DNA of 32,000 nt. It comes from Staphylothermus hellenicus DSM 12710 (GTDB taxonomy: Archaea > Thermoproteota > Thermoprotei_A > Sulfolobales > Desulfurococcaceae). This document shows, piece after piece, positions 7,701 through 15,888 of the stretch; the stretch's first letter is position 1; each line of letters opens with the position of its first letter. Below the pieces are notes generated by a model. The model worked only from the letters and a program-made list of their open reading frames with translations, did not search any database and was not told the DNA's origin. The position numbers and the translations under genes were made by a program. The stretch covers positions 450,001-482,000 of the forward strand of contig NC_014205.1 in NCBI RefSeq assembly GCF_000092465.1, in the 5' to 3' direction.

Positions 7701-8846
7701 GTGATGACTGTGCCGTACTGGAGGGTTAATAGGGCTATTGCACGGGACTTATTCGGTGTGGAGAGCAGTGATGTTGATAGGCTTATTGCTGCAAAGGTGC
7801 GTAGTGTTAGGAGGAGAATGCCTGGGAAGTCTAGCCTGCCCGGGGAGATATGTGGTTCGGGGATACTTGCCTACCATCTAGAACTTTATTATTGTTTAGA
7901 GAAGTTTAAGAATGAAGTATCGGTGCTAAGATATGTTTCGGAGGATAGACGGAGGGCCAAGGTTTTCTTGCTCCACACCATCCTTGGCTTACTCTGGCCA
8001 AGGCTCCTAGCACTAGAGACTACACATTTACCCATAGACAAGTATGGAAAGAATATTGTAGAGGCTGTTAAGACAGAGATGCGGGGTATATTAGCCAATT
8101 TTAACCCAATAGATATCCCAATAAGTCTTCATAGCTGCCTACAACTAAAGGAGGCATTCAAGGAGATACTGATCCAGCTCCCGGCTATGCTTAATGATAT
8201 ATACAGGCACCCTACCGTAAGAAGGCAACTAGCAAGAGATGTCAAGTGGAGGATGAGGTATGAGGAGTGCATGAAGAATCTACTTACATCCTCTTTAGAA
8301 GGGGAAAAATCAGCTGGAATAGGGAATGTCCTTCCCCTCATATTCAGCAAGCAATATAGGGTGACTATTGGTAAAGATGAGATAGTGTTTCAAGACATAA
8401 ACAATCCTAATCGAAAAACTGTTATTAAGGGGGACAAATGCTTCCGCATCCTGCTTAGATCAATTCTCAGAGGCCGTCGAATGAATTCTAAAGACAGGTT
8501 TGAATGGTTAATGGATAGGGTGTCTAGGTTCTCCGCTACGCACTCACGCCTCCTAGATCTATTCCTACTAGCACCATTCACAATCAAGGATATATATTAT
8601 TTCCTTCTAGATACCGATGAGAACGATCTATTCTCCACTTTATTCTCTCTAGGAACCAATGTTCTAAAATCCTGTAAGGATCAGGAAGACGATGAGACCC
8701 TCCGCAGGAAGATAATAGACATGGTTGATTCGAGCTGGCGGTCCGATCTGAAGGAATATAATATCCCCCTGCTGGAGGGATGTGCCGAAACGTATGCGGA
8801 TACTTTCATAGCTGGGTACAAGCTTGTGAAAAGTATTACCAGATAA
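7701..8846 (+). CDS. Hypothetical protein (orphan, mostly helical), next to the CRISPR remnant
   Basis: 381-aa ORF with no motif recognised. Noticeably GC-richer at its 5' end than neighbouring genes (34/60 G+C in 7801-7860 by hand count). Confidence 0.6.
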   Translation: MMTVPYWRVNRAIARDLFGVESSDVDRLIAAKVRSVRRRMPGKSSLPGEICGSGILAYHLELYYCLEKFKNEVSVLRYVSEDRRRAKVFLLHTILGLLWPRLLALETTHLPIDKYGKNIVEAVKTEMRGILANFNPIDIPISLHSCLQLKEAFKEILIQLPAMLNDIYRHPTVRRQLARDVKWRMRYEECMKNLLTSSLEGEKSAGIGNVLPLIFSKQYRVTIGKDEIVFQDINNPNRKTVIKGDKCFRILLRSILRGRRMNSKDRFEWLMDRVSRFSATHSRLLDLFLLAPFTIKDIYYFLLDTDENDLFSTLFSLGTNVLKSCKDQEDDETLRRKIIDMVDSSWRSDLKEYNIPLLEGCAETYADTFIAGYKLVKSITR

Positions 8847-8938
8847 AGATCCTGTAAAACAATTATTATATGGAATCACCGTGTCCGGGGCGCACATAGG
8901 CGTTTCCAAGCAGAGTAGACAAGGAAACAACCTGCCAA

Positions 8939-9084
8939 GTAACAATATAGAAAGGATTGAAAGTTTTATTGTTTTTATGGTATTATATTTATGAGTCATT
9001 CTATTAATGGTCTTGCCATTATTAGTCCAGTACTTCTCCAAGCTGGGTAGCTGTATAGAGTAATAGTATAGATAGAATTGAAAA
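8939..9084 (+). CRISPR. CRISPR array remnant: two degenerate repeats (8939-8963 GTAACAATATAGAAAGGATTGAAAG; 9060-9084 GTAATAGTATAGATAGAATTGAAAA)
   Basis: Both align with the repeats at 10849-11070. The 96-nt gap between them is too long for one spacer, so a unit has probably been lost or eroded. Confidence 0.5.
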
Positions 9085-9124
9085 TGTTTTGTTTTTTATA
9101 TTTGTTTTGAATGGAGTGGTTGTT

Positions 9125-9262
9125 TTATTGTTGGGTTTGTTGAATGTTTATGCATTCTTCTGTATCTATTGCTTTGGTACTGGATTCTAGTGCTTTTCTT
9201 TTCCTTTCAATTTTTCTAGATTGTTTCCATATAGCTATTGCTGATGCATCTAGTAGAAACAT
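9125..9262 (-). pseudogene. vapC: Truncated PIN-domain toxin (vapC remnant, 45 codons)
   Basis: The ATG overlaps the vapB stop (TAATG). It begins MFLLDASAIAIW, as PIN domains do, then runs into an inverted CRISPR-repeat-like sequence and low-complexity sequence and stops. Too short for the ORF track. Confidence 0.55.
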
Positions 9263-9489
9263 TATCTCTTCAACCTATCCTCTCTTATAGCTTCAACAAT
9301 TTCCTTTTCAGATATTGCGGAGAATAGATCACCCAGATCTCTAGAAGCTTTTCTAGCTTCTTCTAGCTCCCTTCTCTTCACCTCTTCCTCTAAAGCTCTA
9401 CGAATAACCTCGCTAATTTTAATCCCATACCTGTCAAGCTTTTCCTTGAGCCTGCGCGGTATTCTTGCACTGACCGTTACACTTGTCAT
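9262..9489 (-). CDS. vapB: Ribbon-helix-helix (CopG/VapB-type) antitoxin
   Basis: 75 aa. N-terminal beta-strand plus two helices (VTVSARIPRRLKEKLDRYGIKISEVIRRALEEEVKRRE) is the typical RHH signature. Followed by the PIN-like remnant. Confidence 0.75.
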   Translation of the reverse strand: MTSVTVSARIPRRLKEKLDRYGIKISEVIRRALEEEVKRRELEEARKASRDLGDLFSAISEKEIVEAIREDRLKR

Positions 9490-9727
9490 ATAATATACCT
9501 CTCATAATACAATAAATGATTACCACAAATAAATATTTATCCCGTAAATAATTGGTTAACTATGCAGAACTATTGTGAAATCAGGATTAACACTGCTTCG
9601 TATTGAGATCCCAGCCCTATTCAGCTCTAATAACGTTATTGTTTCTTGTAGCGATAATGTTTTCTGATGTTATTAATGTATTATTTCAATATATGGGTGT
9701 GGGAATATATGGATTTATAGGAGGGGG

Positions 9728-10672
9728 ATGTGGTGTTTGATACCTAGGCTTTTCTATTTTGATACGAGGTTTTATTCTAAGGAGTATGTTAGGGTTTCTG
9801 GGTTGGATCTGTTTATGGGTTTGGATAGGGGTAGGGAGCTTGTTAGGTATAAGCTTGTATTTAAGGGTTTAGTGGTTCAAGAGGAGGGTTCTCATACACT
9901 ACACTTAATTGTTCCCGGTGAGAAAATTGTTTTTGTGGAGAGCTATGTGGAGTATTGTCATTGGCATAATGGTCCTTTGAATAGGAAGGATAATCCTTTG
10001 GAGCGGGAATACTGTGTTAGAGAAGCAGTTTCAGAACTAGGATACTGCACTAAGCATAGGAACAGTGTTAGAGCAATATATTCTAAATGCTTCTCAACCT
10101 CAGGGCTTGAAAGCTTGAGGAACTGCTGGATACTAGATGAGAAATACAAGGATAAAATAAAATATACAGTATACCTACTAGCCTACAATAAAGACAAGTT
10201 CAAAGTAGGAACAACAAGATCTTGGAGACTACTAGATAGAATAGCTGAGCAACCACACGTAGCAGCAACAACACTATATGAATCAAACAGCGCAGTAGAA
10301 ACGAGAAACATAGAGATCAAAGCCGGAAAACTAGAAGGACTAACAGAAAAACCACATAGAAAACTAAAAGAAACAATAAAAACACCAATACCACCAACAC
10401 TACTAAAACTAGAAAAAACACTCACAAAAACACAGCGAATCCTAGGAATAAAACAAACAAAACAACCAACAATATTCCGAATAGAACCAAGCACAGAAAT
10501 AACAGAATACCACAAAGCAAAAGAAACAAACCTAAAACAAATAATAGGAAAACAACTAATAATACAAGACTACTACGCAGGACACCTACTCCTAGAAGAA
10601 ACAAACACAAACACAAAATACCTACTAAAAACAAACCAAATACTACACACACCAAGCATAAAAACAACCTAA
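9728..10672 (+). CDS. Hypothetical protein with a Cys/His cluster and a T5orf172/GIY-YIG-like segment; extreme intragenic composition gradient
   Basis: 314-aa ORF. Contains CHWH...C...C-x2-H (YCHWHNG...EYCVREAVSELGYCTKH) and YTVYLLAYNKDKFKVGTTRSWRLLDRIAEQ. The 3' half is stop-codon-poor on both strands, so ORF length alone is weak evidence there. The start is uncertain (9728 ATG or 9815 ATG). Confidence 0.5.
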   Translation: MWCLIPRLFYFDTRFYSKEYVRVSGLDLFMGLDRGRELVRYKLVFKGLVVQEEGSHTLHLIVPGEKIVFVESYVEYCHWHNGPLNRKDNPLEREYCVREAVSELGYCTKHRNSVRAIYSKCFSTSGLESLRNCWILDEKYKDKIKYTVYLLAYNKDKFKVGTTRSWRLLDRIAEQPHVAATTLYESNSAVETRNIEIKAGKLEGLTEKPHRKLKETIKTPIPPTLLKLEKTLTKTQRILGIKQTKQPTIFRIEPSTEITEYHKAKETNLKQIIGKQLIIQDYYAGHLLLEETNTNTKYLLKTNQILHTPSIKTT

Positions 10673-10848
10673 ACCCACCATAAAAACCAATCGAACACCT
10701 ATCATTATACAAACCCGTCAAGGGGTCAGCGATACTATTTAACATATAGTAAACCAGTCGAACACGATCAAACAAGGGATCAAATAGAGAAAATAATATA
10801 TAGTTCTTCGAACAAAAACAATAAATGTAACAATTTATTCGAACCAAC

Positions 10849-11070
10849 GTAACAACCTAGAAAGAATTGAAGGAAATTGAAGAAAAACGTTAGGGTTTTC
10901 GAAGATGGATCGATAGTAACAACACAGAAAAAAATTGAAGGATAAAGTTGCTTATAACATCTGACCATTCAACTGTTTGAGTAGCAATACAGAAAGAATT
11001 GAAAGATTATTTTGCTAAGTTTTTGCGAATATTCAGGATCAGCTATGTACAACATTGAAAGAATTGAATG
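10849..11070 (+). CRISPR. Degenerate CRISPR array: 4 repeats (24-26 nt), 3 spacers (42, 39, 41 nt)
   Basis: Repeats at 10849-10873, 10916-10941, 10981-11005 and 11047-11070, with a 65-67-nt period. Consensus is about GTAACAAYNYAGAAAGAATTGAAAG, with the crenarchaeal-type 3' end ATTGAAAG. All copies differ from one another. Confidence 0.75.
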
Positions 11071-11190
11071 TAATAACCATTATCAACATGGGTTGTGGTA
11101 GCAAAAAGTTTTCATACTATCACCTATATTAATAGTATTGCAGAATAAAACCACAAGGGTAAACAGCTTACAATAGCTTATAATAGCTGA

Positions 11191-11460
11191 TTAGTACTCT
11201 GTCATTATGATTGCATACATTATAATCAATAATACTATGATGACGGATAGTATCAGCCCTGTCGCTAAGCTCACTAATAGTATGGATAAAGCTTTTCTTC
11301 TAAGTCTCCATAATATATAGGCTGCAGCATAGATTGATGGCAGGATTATATACCAGTACCTAAGAGAGATAATGAGTAAGTCTCTAAACAGAAATATTAA
11401 GGTGGGAGGCAACAGTATTGTTAATAATAATGCTATAACAACGTAATGAATGGTTTTCAA
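11191..11460 (-). CDS. Small putative membrane protein (about 3 TM helices)
   Basis: 89-aa ORF. TTG start preceded by AGGGGG 5 nt upstream. Positive-inside residues (RLRRKA). It lies in a region that may be eroded CRISPR array, so it may be spurious. Confidence 0.4.
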   Translation of the reverse strand: MKTIHYVVIALLLTILLPPTLIFLFRDLLIISLRYWYIILPSIYAAAYILWRLRRKALSILLVSLATGLILSVIIVLLIIMYAIIMTEY

Positions 11461-11577
11461 TCAAACCCCCTGTAAAGAATAATGAATAATGTTTTAAAAA
11501 ATATTGTTTATTTTCTAGGGTTATCCCTGTATAAGCTCGCTTAGATACGTTGTATCTTCAGTATGTATACTGCGCTA

Positions 11578-11731
11578 GGTGATGGCATAAAAGAATTGAG
11601 AGCATGGAAGATAGTAGAATAGATCTATATTTATTTCCCTGGTCGCATCAATGATAGAATTGAATAATAGATTCTTTAATATTAGAGTAATCATTATCTT
11701 CAATATAGGATATTTTGGGAAGAATTGGAAA
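11578..11731 (+). repeat. Three weak CRISPR-repeat-like motifs with CRISPR periodicity (ends AGAATTGAGAG 11602, AGAATTGAATA 11666, AGAATTGGAAA 11731)
   Basis: The AGAATTGR core recurs at 64-65-nt spacing, roughly in register with 66-nt units counted from 11070. Confidence 0.35.
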
Positions 11732-11843
11732 TATAGTATTTTTGTATATAGAATTTTATTATACTTCATTGAATGCTGGTTAAAAAGTATTTGTTTATTT
11801 AATTATGGAAAAATATTTTGTTTTACTAATAATGGATCATTTG

Positions 11844-14681
11844 TTATAGTTTTTCTCTTAGTCTTAGCATGGCTAGTGCTAGGAGACGCGATAGTTTATC
11901 GAAGTTTGATACTAGTGTTTCGTTGATTTTACCTGTACTGTATTTTTCTATAATTGTTTTTGGATCTAGGGAGATTGTCAGTATTCCTTTATCTGTTAGT
12001 TGTTTGATGAATTTTTCTATTTTTGGTAATCTATTATAGATGTATATGTATGCTATTAGGTATTCAATTATCCTCCTATAATATTCATTTTTCTTCTCAG
12101 CATTTTTCTCTCTCTGATACTTATAGTAGTATTCTACAATGCTTCTAGAAATTTGGAGTAGTCTATATGATTGTTGTTTATTATTAGTTATCCACTGCTT
12201 TATTTCTTCGTCAAGGCTTTTGTTCATTAATATATTGTATAGGCTCCACGGAATAGATCCTATACCTTCAACATTAATAGATAATGGTTCTACGAATACT
12301 CTATTCCTCCCCTCATCTTTTGCTTTCTCGAGTGATTGGACAACTTCTTTATATGATAAATATGATGGATAATTACTTTCTCTAAGGATCATGCCGGCGG
12401 AAATGGTTAGTGCATCTACACCGTTTATTTTGCCGAAGAACTTCATGAACCAATCATGATAATATTGTAGATAATATAGTCCTTCAACGAATCTAGCAAT
12501 AACTAGTGAGTCATCTCCACCACTATAGATAACTGCGATTCTATTCCTCAATAATGGATTCGTGTTATCCAGCAACTTAGCTCTTTTATACAGTATGAGG
12601 TGGCCAATCAGATTAGTATATAGACTAACTAATTCATTGAAAGTAGCATATCTACCTAGGGAGCCGATGAGGTGGAGCCCTGTATAACCCATATGGTCCC
12701 CGTCAATTTTTAGCCATGATAGTAGTGTATAATTATCATCTACTCTGGCTAGGTCGTCGAGCTCGTTTTGGCGAAGAGATACATTTGTAAATATTACTGA
12801 GAACCCTACATGTGTGTTTTTAATTTTCTCTAAAATACTTATGAGATCAACTAAGTCTTTTCCACGTGGTATGAAGTTTCCGGGATCATTGTTTTTATAT
12901 ATAATTATTGATACTTTTTCCTCCCCACCATATTTCTTAATAAGGTTGGCAAGTACTACTTCTATGAATGATTTTAGAAAAGCCCAATGACCAGTTTCTC
13001 CCCCTGAGAGATCAGATATTATGATATATGTTGTATCAAGTCCTTTAAGCGGTACTATTCCATATTTAGCATTTATCGCAGATATTTTATTTATGAAAGA
13101 CTTAATGTTTCCTTTTCTGAGTTCTTCGAATAATTTATCAGTAATATCCTTGCTTCTAATCTCTATTATGTATACAAGATTTTCAGCGGCATAGCCTGCT
13201 ATATGAGATAATAAGCATGATGGACAAATTCTCTCAATATCTTCCTCAAGCCCGATCTCCTGTGTAATTTCTTTGTTAATAGGTACTAGGTTATCCTTGA
13301 AAAGCGTTGCTTTACATAATGGGCATTCATCTGGTTCTCTATCATCATTATCGTCTATAATGGTGTTCTTAGCGAGAATGCTTTGATCAACCAGTTTGAA
13401 TTTTTGCCTCTTAGACCTAGAAACTTTTCCTCCAAGATCCAATAATGCTTTAGAGAAGCCCTTCTCTACGAACTCGTTAGACCATGGAGACTGATATGAT
13501 GGCGTAAAGGGTTCTGATAATCCATATGTAACATATATGTCTCCGTGGAATAGCTCGTATATGGCTTCCTCTATTTTTTCAATAGCATTATTGAAGGTTT
13601 TCTCATCAATAGTTTCGGGCAGTATGAATACTGCGGAATCGCCCCGTTCAAGGATCATGTGGGAAATGTTTAGTTTAAGTTCTTTCAGTAATTTAATAGA
13701 TGAAGCTTTCATTACGAGTTGTAATAGTAGTGAACGTCCTCTAAGCTGTCTTAAAGCACCCTTACGTCTAGCATAAGATGATATGAATTTCTGTATACCA
13801 CTTAGATCCAGCAATCCTATTCTAATCCTACATTCAGAGCCTTCATAGCAACCGGATAATATGTATGATGATGCTAAGGCCATGGTTAAGATAGAGTGTG
13901 ATGAAAGATTTGTTGAAGGAATATCAACACCATAGAGAGCATTGGGTACAAATATAAATGAGTACCTAATATAGTTCACCAGGGTCTCTAAGAGTTCTTC
14001 AACACCCATTACGCCAGCAAACGCGGTCTTTCCTAGTTCACGCAGTATTTCAACCAGATCCTTATAGATCTCCGCATAATACTCCCTAACACCGTGATCA
14101 TTTTTCTTCTCTTCATGAAAACAGTTTACCGCCCTAAGAATATTTTCTAAATCCTTTTCTATATCCTCCATATCTTTTTCAGAACTCCTCCCTCTTAGCA
14201 CCGACATAATTGAAACAGGTTTATAACATATAGTCGATTCTCGAGGTAATTTCTCTATATTATGATCACTACTTCTACCGTGTCTATAATAGTTTATAAT
14301 CCATAATGGAGAAACCAAATAGTTTGTAATGCTTTTCTGTTTAGAATATATTTCATCACCCATATTCCGTTCAGAGGCAGAACTGCGATCAGCTTTTTCA
14401 AGTATATATAGTAGGTCCTTAATGGTTTCCGGAGGTTTAAACCCCCTTAAAGCATGGTGATGATACCTTACTAGAAGCCTAATAGTTTCAGGATTAAGAC
14501 CAATGTATTCAAAGAGATCCCTATACTCATTTATAAGTCTCGCACCAAGATCATCATGAGTCCTATAATTCTCAGCTACTCCAATCCCAGCTCTCTGAGG
14601 AATTTTGCCAATATCATGCAGTAATGCAGCAAATAATAATTCGTAATACCCTAAAGATCTTTTTGATCCACCCATATACAA
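11844..14681 (-). CDS. cas10: Cas10 (Csm1/Cmr2-type large subunit) with an HD nuclease domain and an intact GGDD cyclase motif
   Basis: 945 aa. N-terminal LLHDIGK plus YHHH (HD domain), LLDLSGIQKFI (Palm1), CPLC...CPSC zinc finger, KIDGDHMG and VIYSGGDDSLV (Palm2 GGDD). Confidence 0.9.
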   Translation of the reverse strand: MYMGGSKRSLGYYELLFAALLHDIGKIPQRAGIGVAENYRTHDDLGARLINEYRDLFEYIGLNPETIRLLVRYHHHALRGFKPPETIKDLLYILEKADRSSASERNMGDEIYSKQKSITNYLVSPLWIINYYRHGRSSDHNIEKLPRESTICYKPVSIMSVLRGRSSEKDMEDIEKDLENILRAVNCFHEEKKNDHGVREYYAEIYKDLVEILRELGKTAFAGVMGVEELLETLVNYIRYSFIFVPNALYGVDIPSTNLSSHSILTMALASSYILSGCYEGSECRIRIGLLDLSGIQKFISSYARRKGALRQLRGRSLLLQLVMKASSIKLLKELKLNISHMILERGDSAVFILPETIDEKTFNNAIEKIEEAIYELFHGDIYVTYGLSEPFTPSYQSPWSNEFVEKGFSKALLDLGGKVSRSKRQKFKLVDQSILAKNTIIDDNDDREPDECPLCKATLFKDNLVPINKEITQEIGLEEDIERICPSCLLSHIAGYAAENLVYIIEIRSKDITDKLFEELRKGNIKSFINKISAINAKYGIVPLKGLDTTYIIISDLSGGETGHWAFLKSFIEVVLANLIKKYGGEEKVSIIIYKNNDPGNFIPRGKDLVDLISILEKIKNTHVGFSVIFTNVSLRQNELDDLARVDDNYTLLSWLKIDGDHMGYTGLHLIGSLGRYATFNELVSLYTNLIGHLILYKRAKLLDNTNPLLRNRIAVIYSGGDDSLVIARFVEGLYYLQYYHDWFMKFFGKINGVDALTISAGMILRESNYPSYLSYKEVVQSLEKAKDEGRNRVFVEPLSINVEGIGSIPWSLYNILMNKSLDEEIKQWITNNKQQSYRLLQISRSIVEYYYKYQREKNAEKKNEYYRRIIEYLIAYIYIYNRLPKIEKFIKQLTDKGILTISLDPKTIIEKYSTGKINETLVSNFDKLSRLLALAMLRLREKL

Positions 14682-14691
14682 GCACCTTTAC

Positions 14692-15888
14692 CTACTTTAT
14701 TTCCAATCTAACCCATCCAACAGGAACTAGTTTATTATTCAGGGTATATTCGGATCCAACAATCTTCATTGTTAACGTATCCCAAATATTGATTCTACCC
14801 CTAGTCTTAGCAGCGATAATACTAGACATGATTTGAACTAGTTTCTTTTGTTGTTCAGGGCTAAGGCTTAAATATACTGTTTTACTATACATTCCAGTTC
14901 CATACCCGATCCTGAAATAGAAAATATTATTATTTTGCAAAACCTCGTTTCTCCACTTATAAAGGTTATCAATGAACGATAAGTCGATCTTTCCTTTGAT
15001 GCCCCTTATACGTCCGATCTCGAAATCGATGAGTTTTAGCGAGAACTCCCTTAGTATCTCCAGCAGTTTTAACACTCCATTTTCTTCTATCAATATATTA
15101 TATAATTTATAGAGTTCATCATAAGATCTAACATTATAGTTGCCCAATATATGATCTTTAAGTACGGGTTTGTATATTGAGAGTTCATATTCGAAAGTAC
15201 TTCCTTCACTTAAACCAATAATATCTTCAGATGCTATTTCTTCTATATTAGTCAGTTTTAAAGCCATGACCTTATCGATAACAGGATTAACTTTATTTTT
15301 AACTGGATCACTTATACCTATGAATCTCAATAAGTCGAGAGGAGTACTTTTTGCATTTATCCGTTTCTTTATAGCGTTCTGAATGGCTGCATCAATATTT
15401 TTTAATCTTTCAGAAAAGCTTAGATTATTGAGAGTGTTTTCAATGATTTTAGGATCTATTAGATTATGCATTATCATATAGTTCAAGATCGCTGTCCTTA
15501 ATAACCCTTTTAACTCGCTTCCAGGTATTGAAGGCACATTATTTATTGATAAATGGTTTTTAATCTCTATACCGAGTTGTTTAGGCTCTGTTCTAAGCTG
15601 GTAGGTTGTCAGTGCAACATCTTCTATGTTTACCTTATATTTTGGAATAAGCATTGATATATTTCTTTGTTTGAGAGCATTCATCAGGTCTCTATATCCG
15701 TTTCTACCTGTAATTATCCTAGTTAGCTTACCGATATCTATTAAATAAGCTATTTTTCTATTTTCAGCTATACTGGTTAGTATGTCTATGTTTCTGAATA
15801 ATGTATTTCCATCCCAAACATGCGTTTCAGTCATCACTTCTAGATTGATCCTGTGCTTTTCGACAATGTTCTTCTCCATATTAATCAC
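14692..15888 (-). CDS. csm5: Csm5-like RAMP (Cas7 family)
   Basis: 398 aa. Contains SIPGSELKGLLRTAIL and FRIGYGTGMYSK glycine-rich motifs, and the Csm5-like N-terminus LEVMTETHVWDGN...AYLIDIGKL. Its operon position is immediately upstream of (5' to) cas10. Confidence 0.75.
   Translation of the reverse strand: MINMEKNIVEKHRINLEVMTETHVWDGNTLFRNIDILTSIAENRKIAYLIDIGKLTRIITGRNGYRDLMNALKQRNISMLIPKYKVNIEDVALTTYQLRTEPKQLGIEIKNHLSINNVPSIPGSELKGLLRTAILNYMIMHNLIDPKIIENTLNNLSFSERLKNIDAAIQNAIKKRINAKSTPLDLLRFIGISDPVKNKVNPVIDKVMALKLTNIEEIASEDIIGLSEGSTFEYELSIYKPVLKDHILGNYNVRSYDELYKLYNILIEENGVLKLLEILREFSLKLIDFEIGRIRGIKGKIDLSFIDNLYKWRNEVLQNNNIFYFRIGYGTGMYSKTVYLSLSPEQQKKLVQIMSSIIAAKTRGRINIWDTLTMKIVGSEYTLNNKLVPVGWVRLEIK

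Noticed and set aside
8664-9041. 125-aa minus-strand ORF
   Set aside because: It overlaps the 3' end of ORF 7701-8846 antisense and runs across a CRISPR repeat remnant, with no motif or start context.
10183-10847. Minus-strand ORFs of 110 aa and 141 aa (L/F/V/C/G-rich, apparently multi-TM)
   Set aside because: They lie on the G+T-rich complement of the A+C-rich segment, where stop codons (which need A) are rare. Their composition is what random GT-rich sequence translates to. I treat them as artefacts of the skew.
11228-11290. C/D-box sRNA (ATGATGA at 11236-11242); other ATGATGA/TGATGA sites in the window were also scanned
   Set aside because: There is no matching D box (CTGA) at 50-60 nt and no terminal stem. 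The other hits lie inside coding regions.
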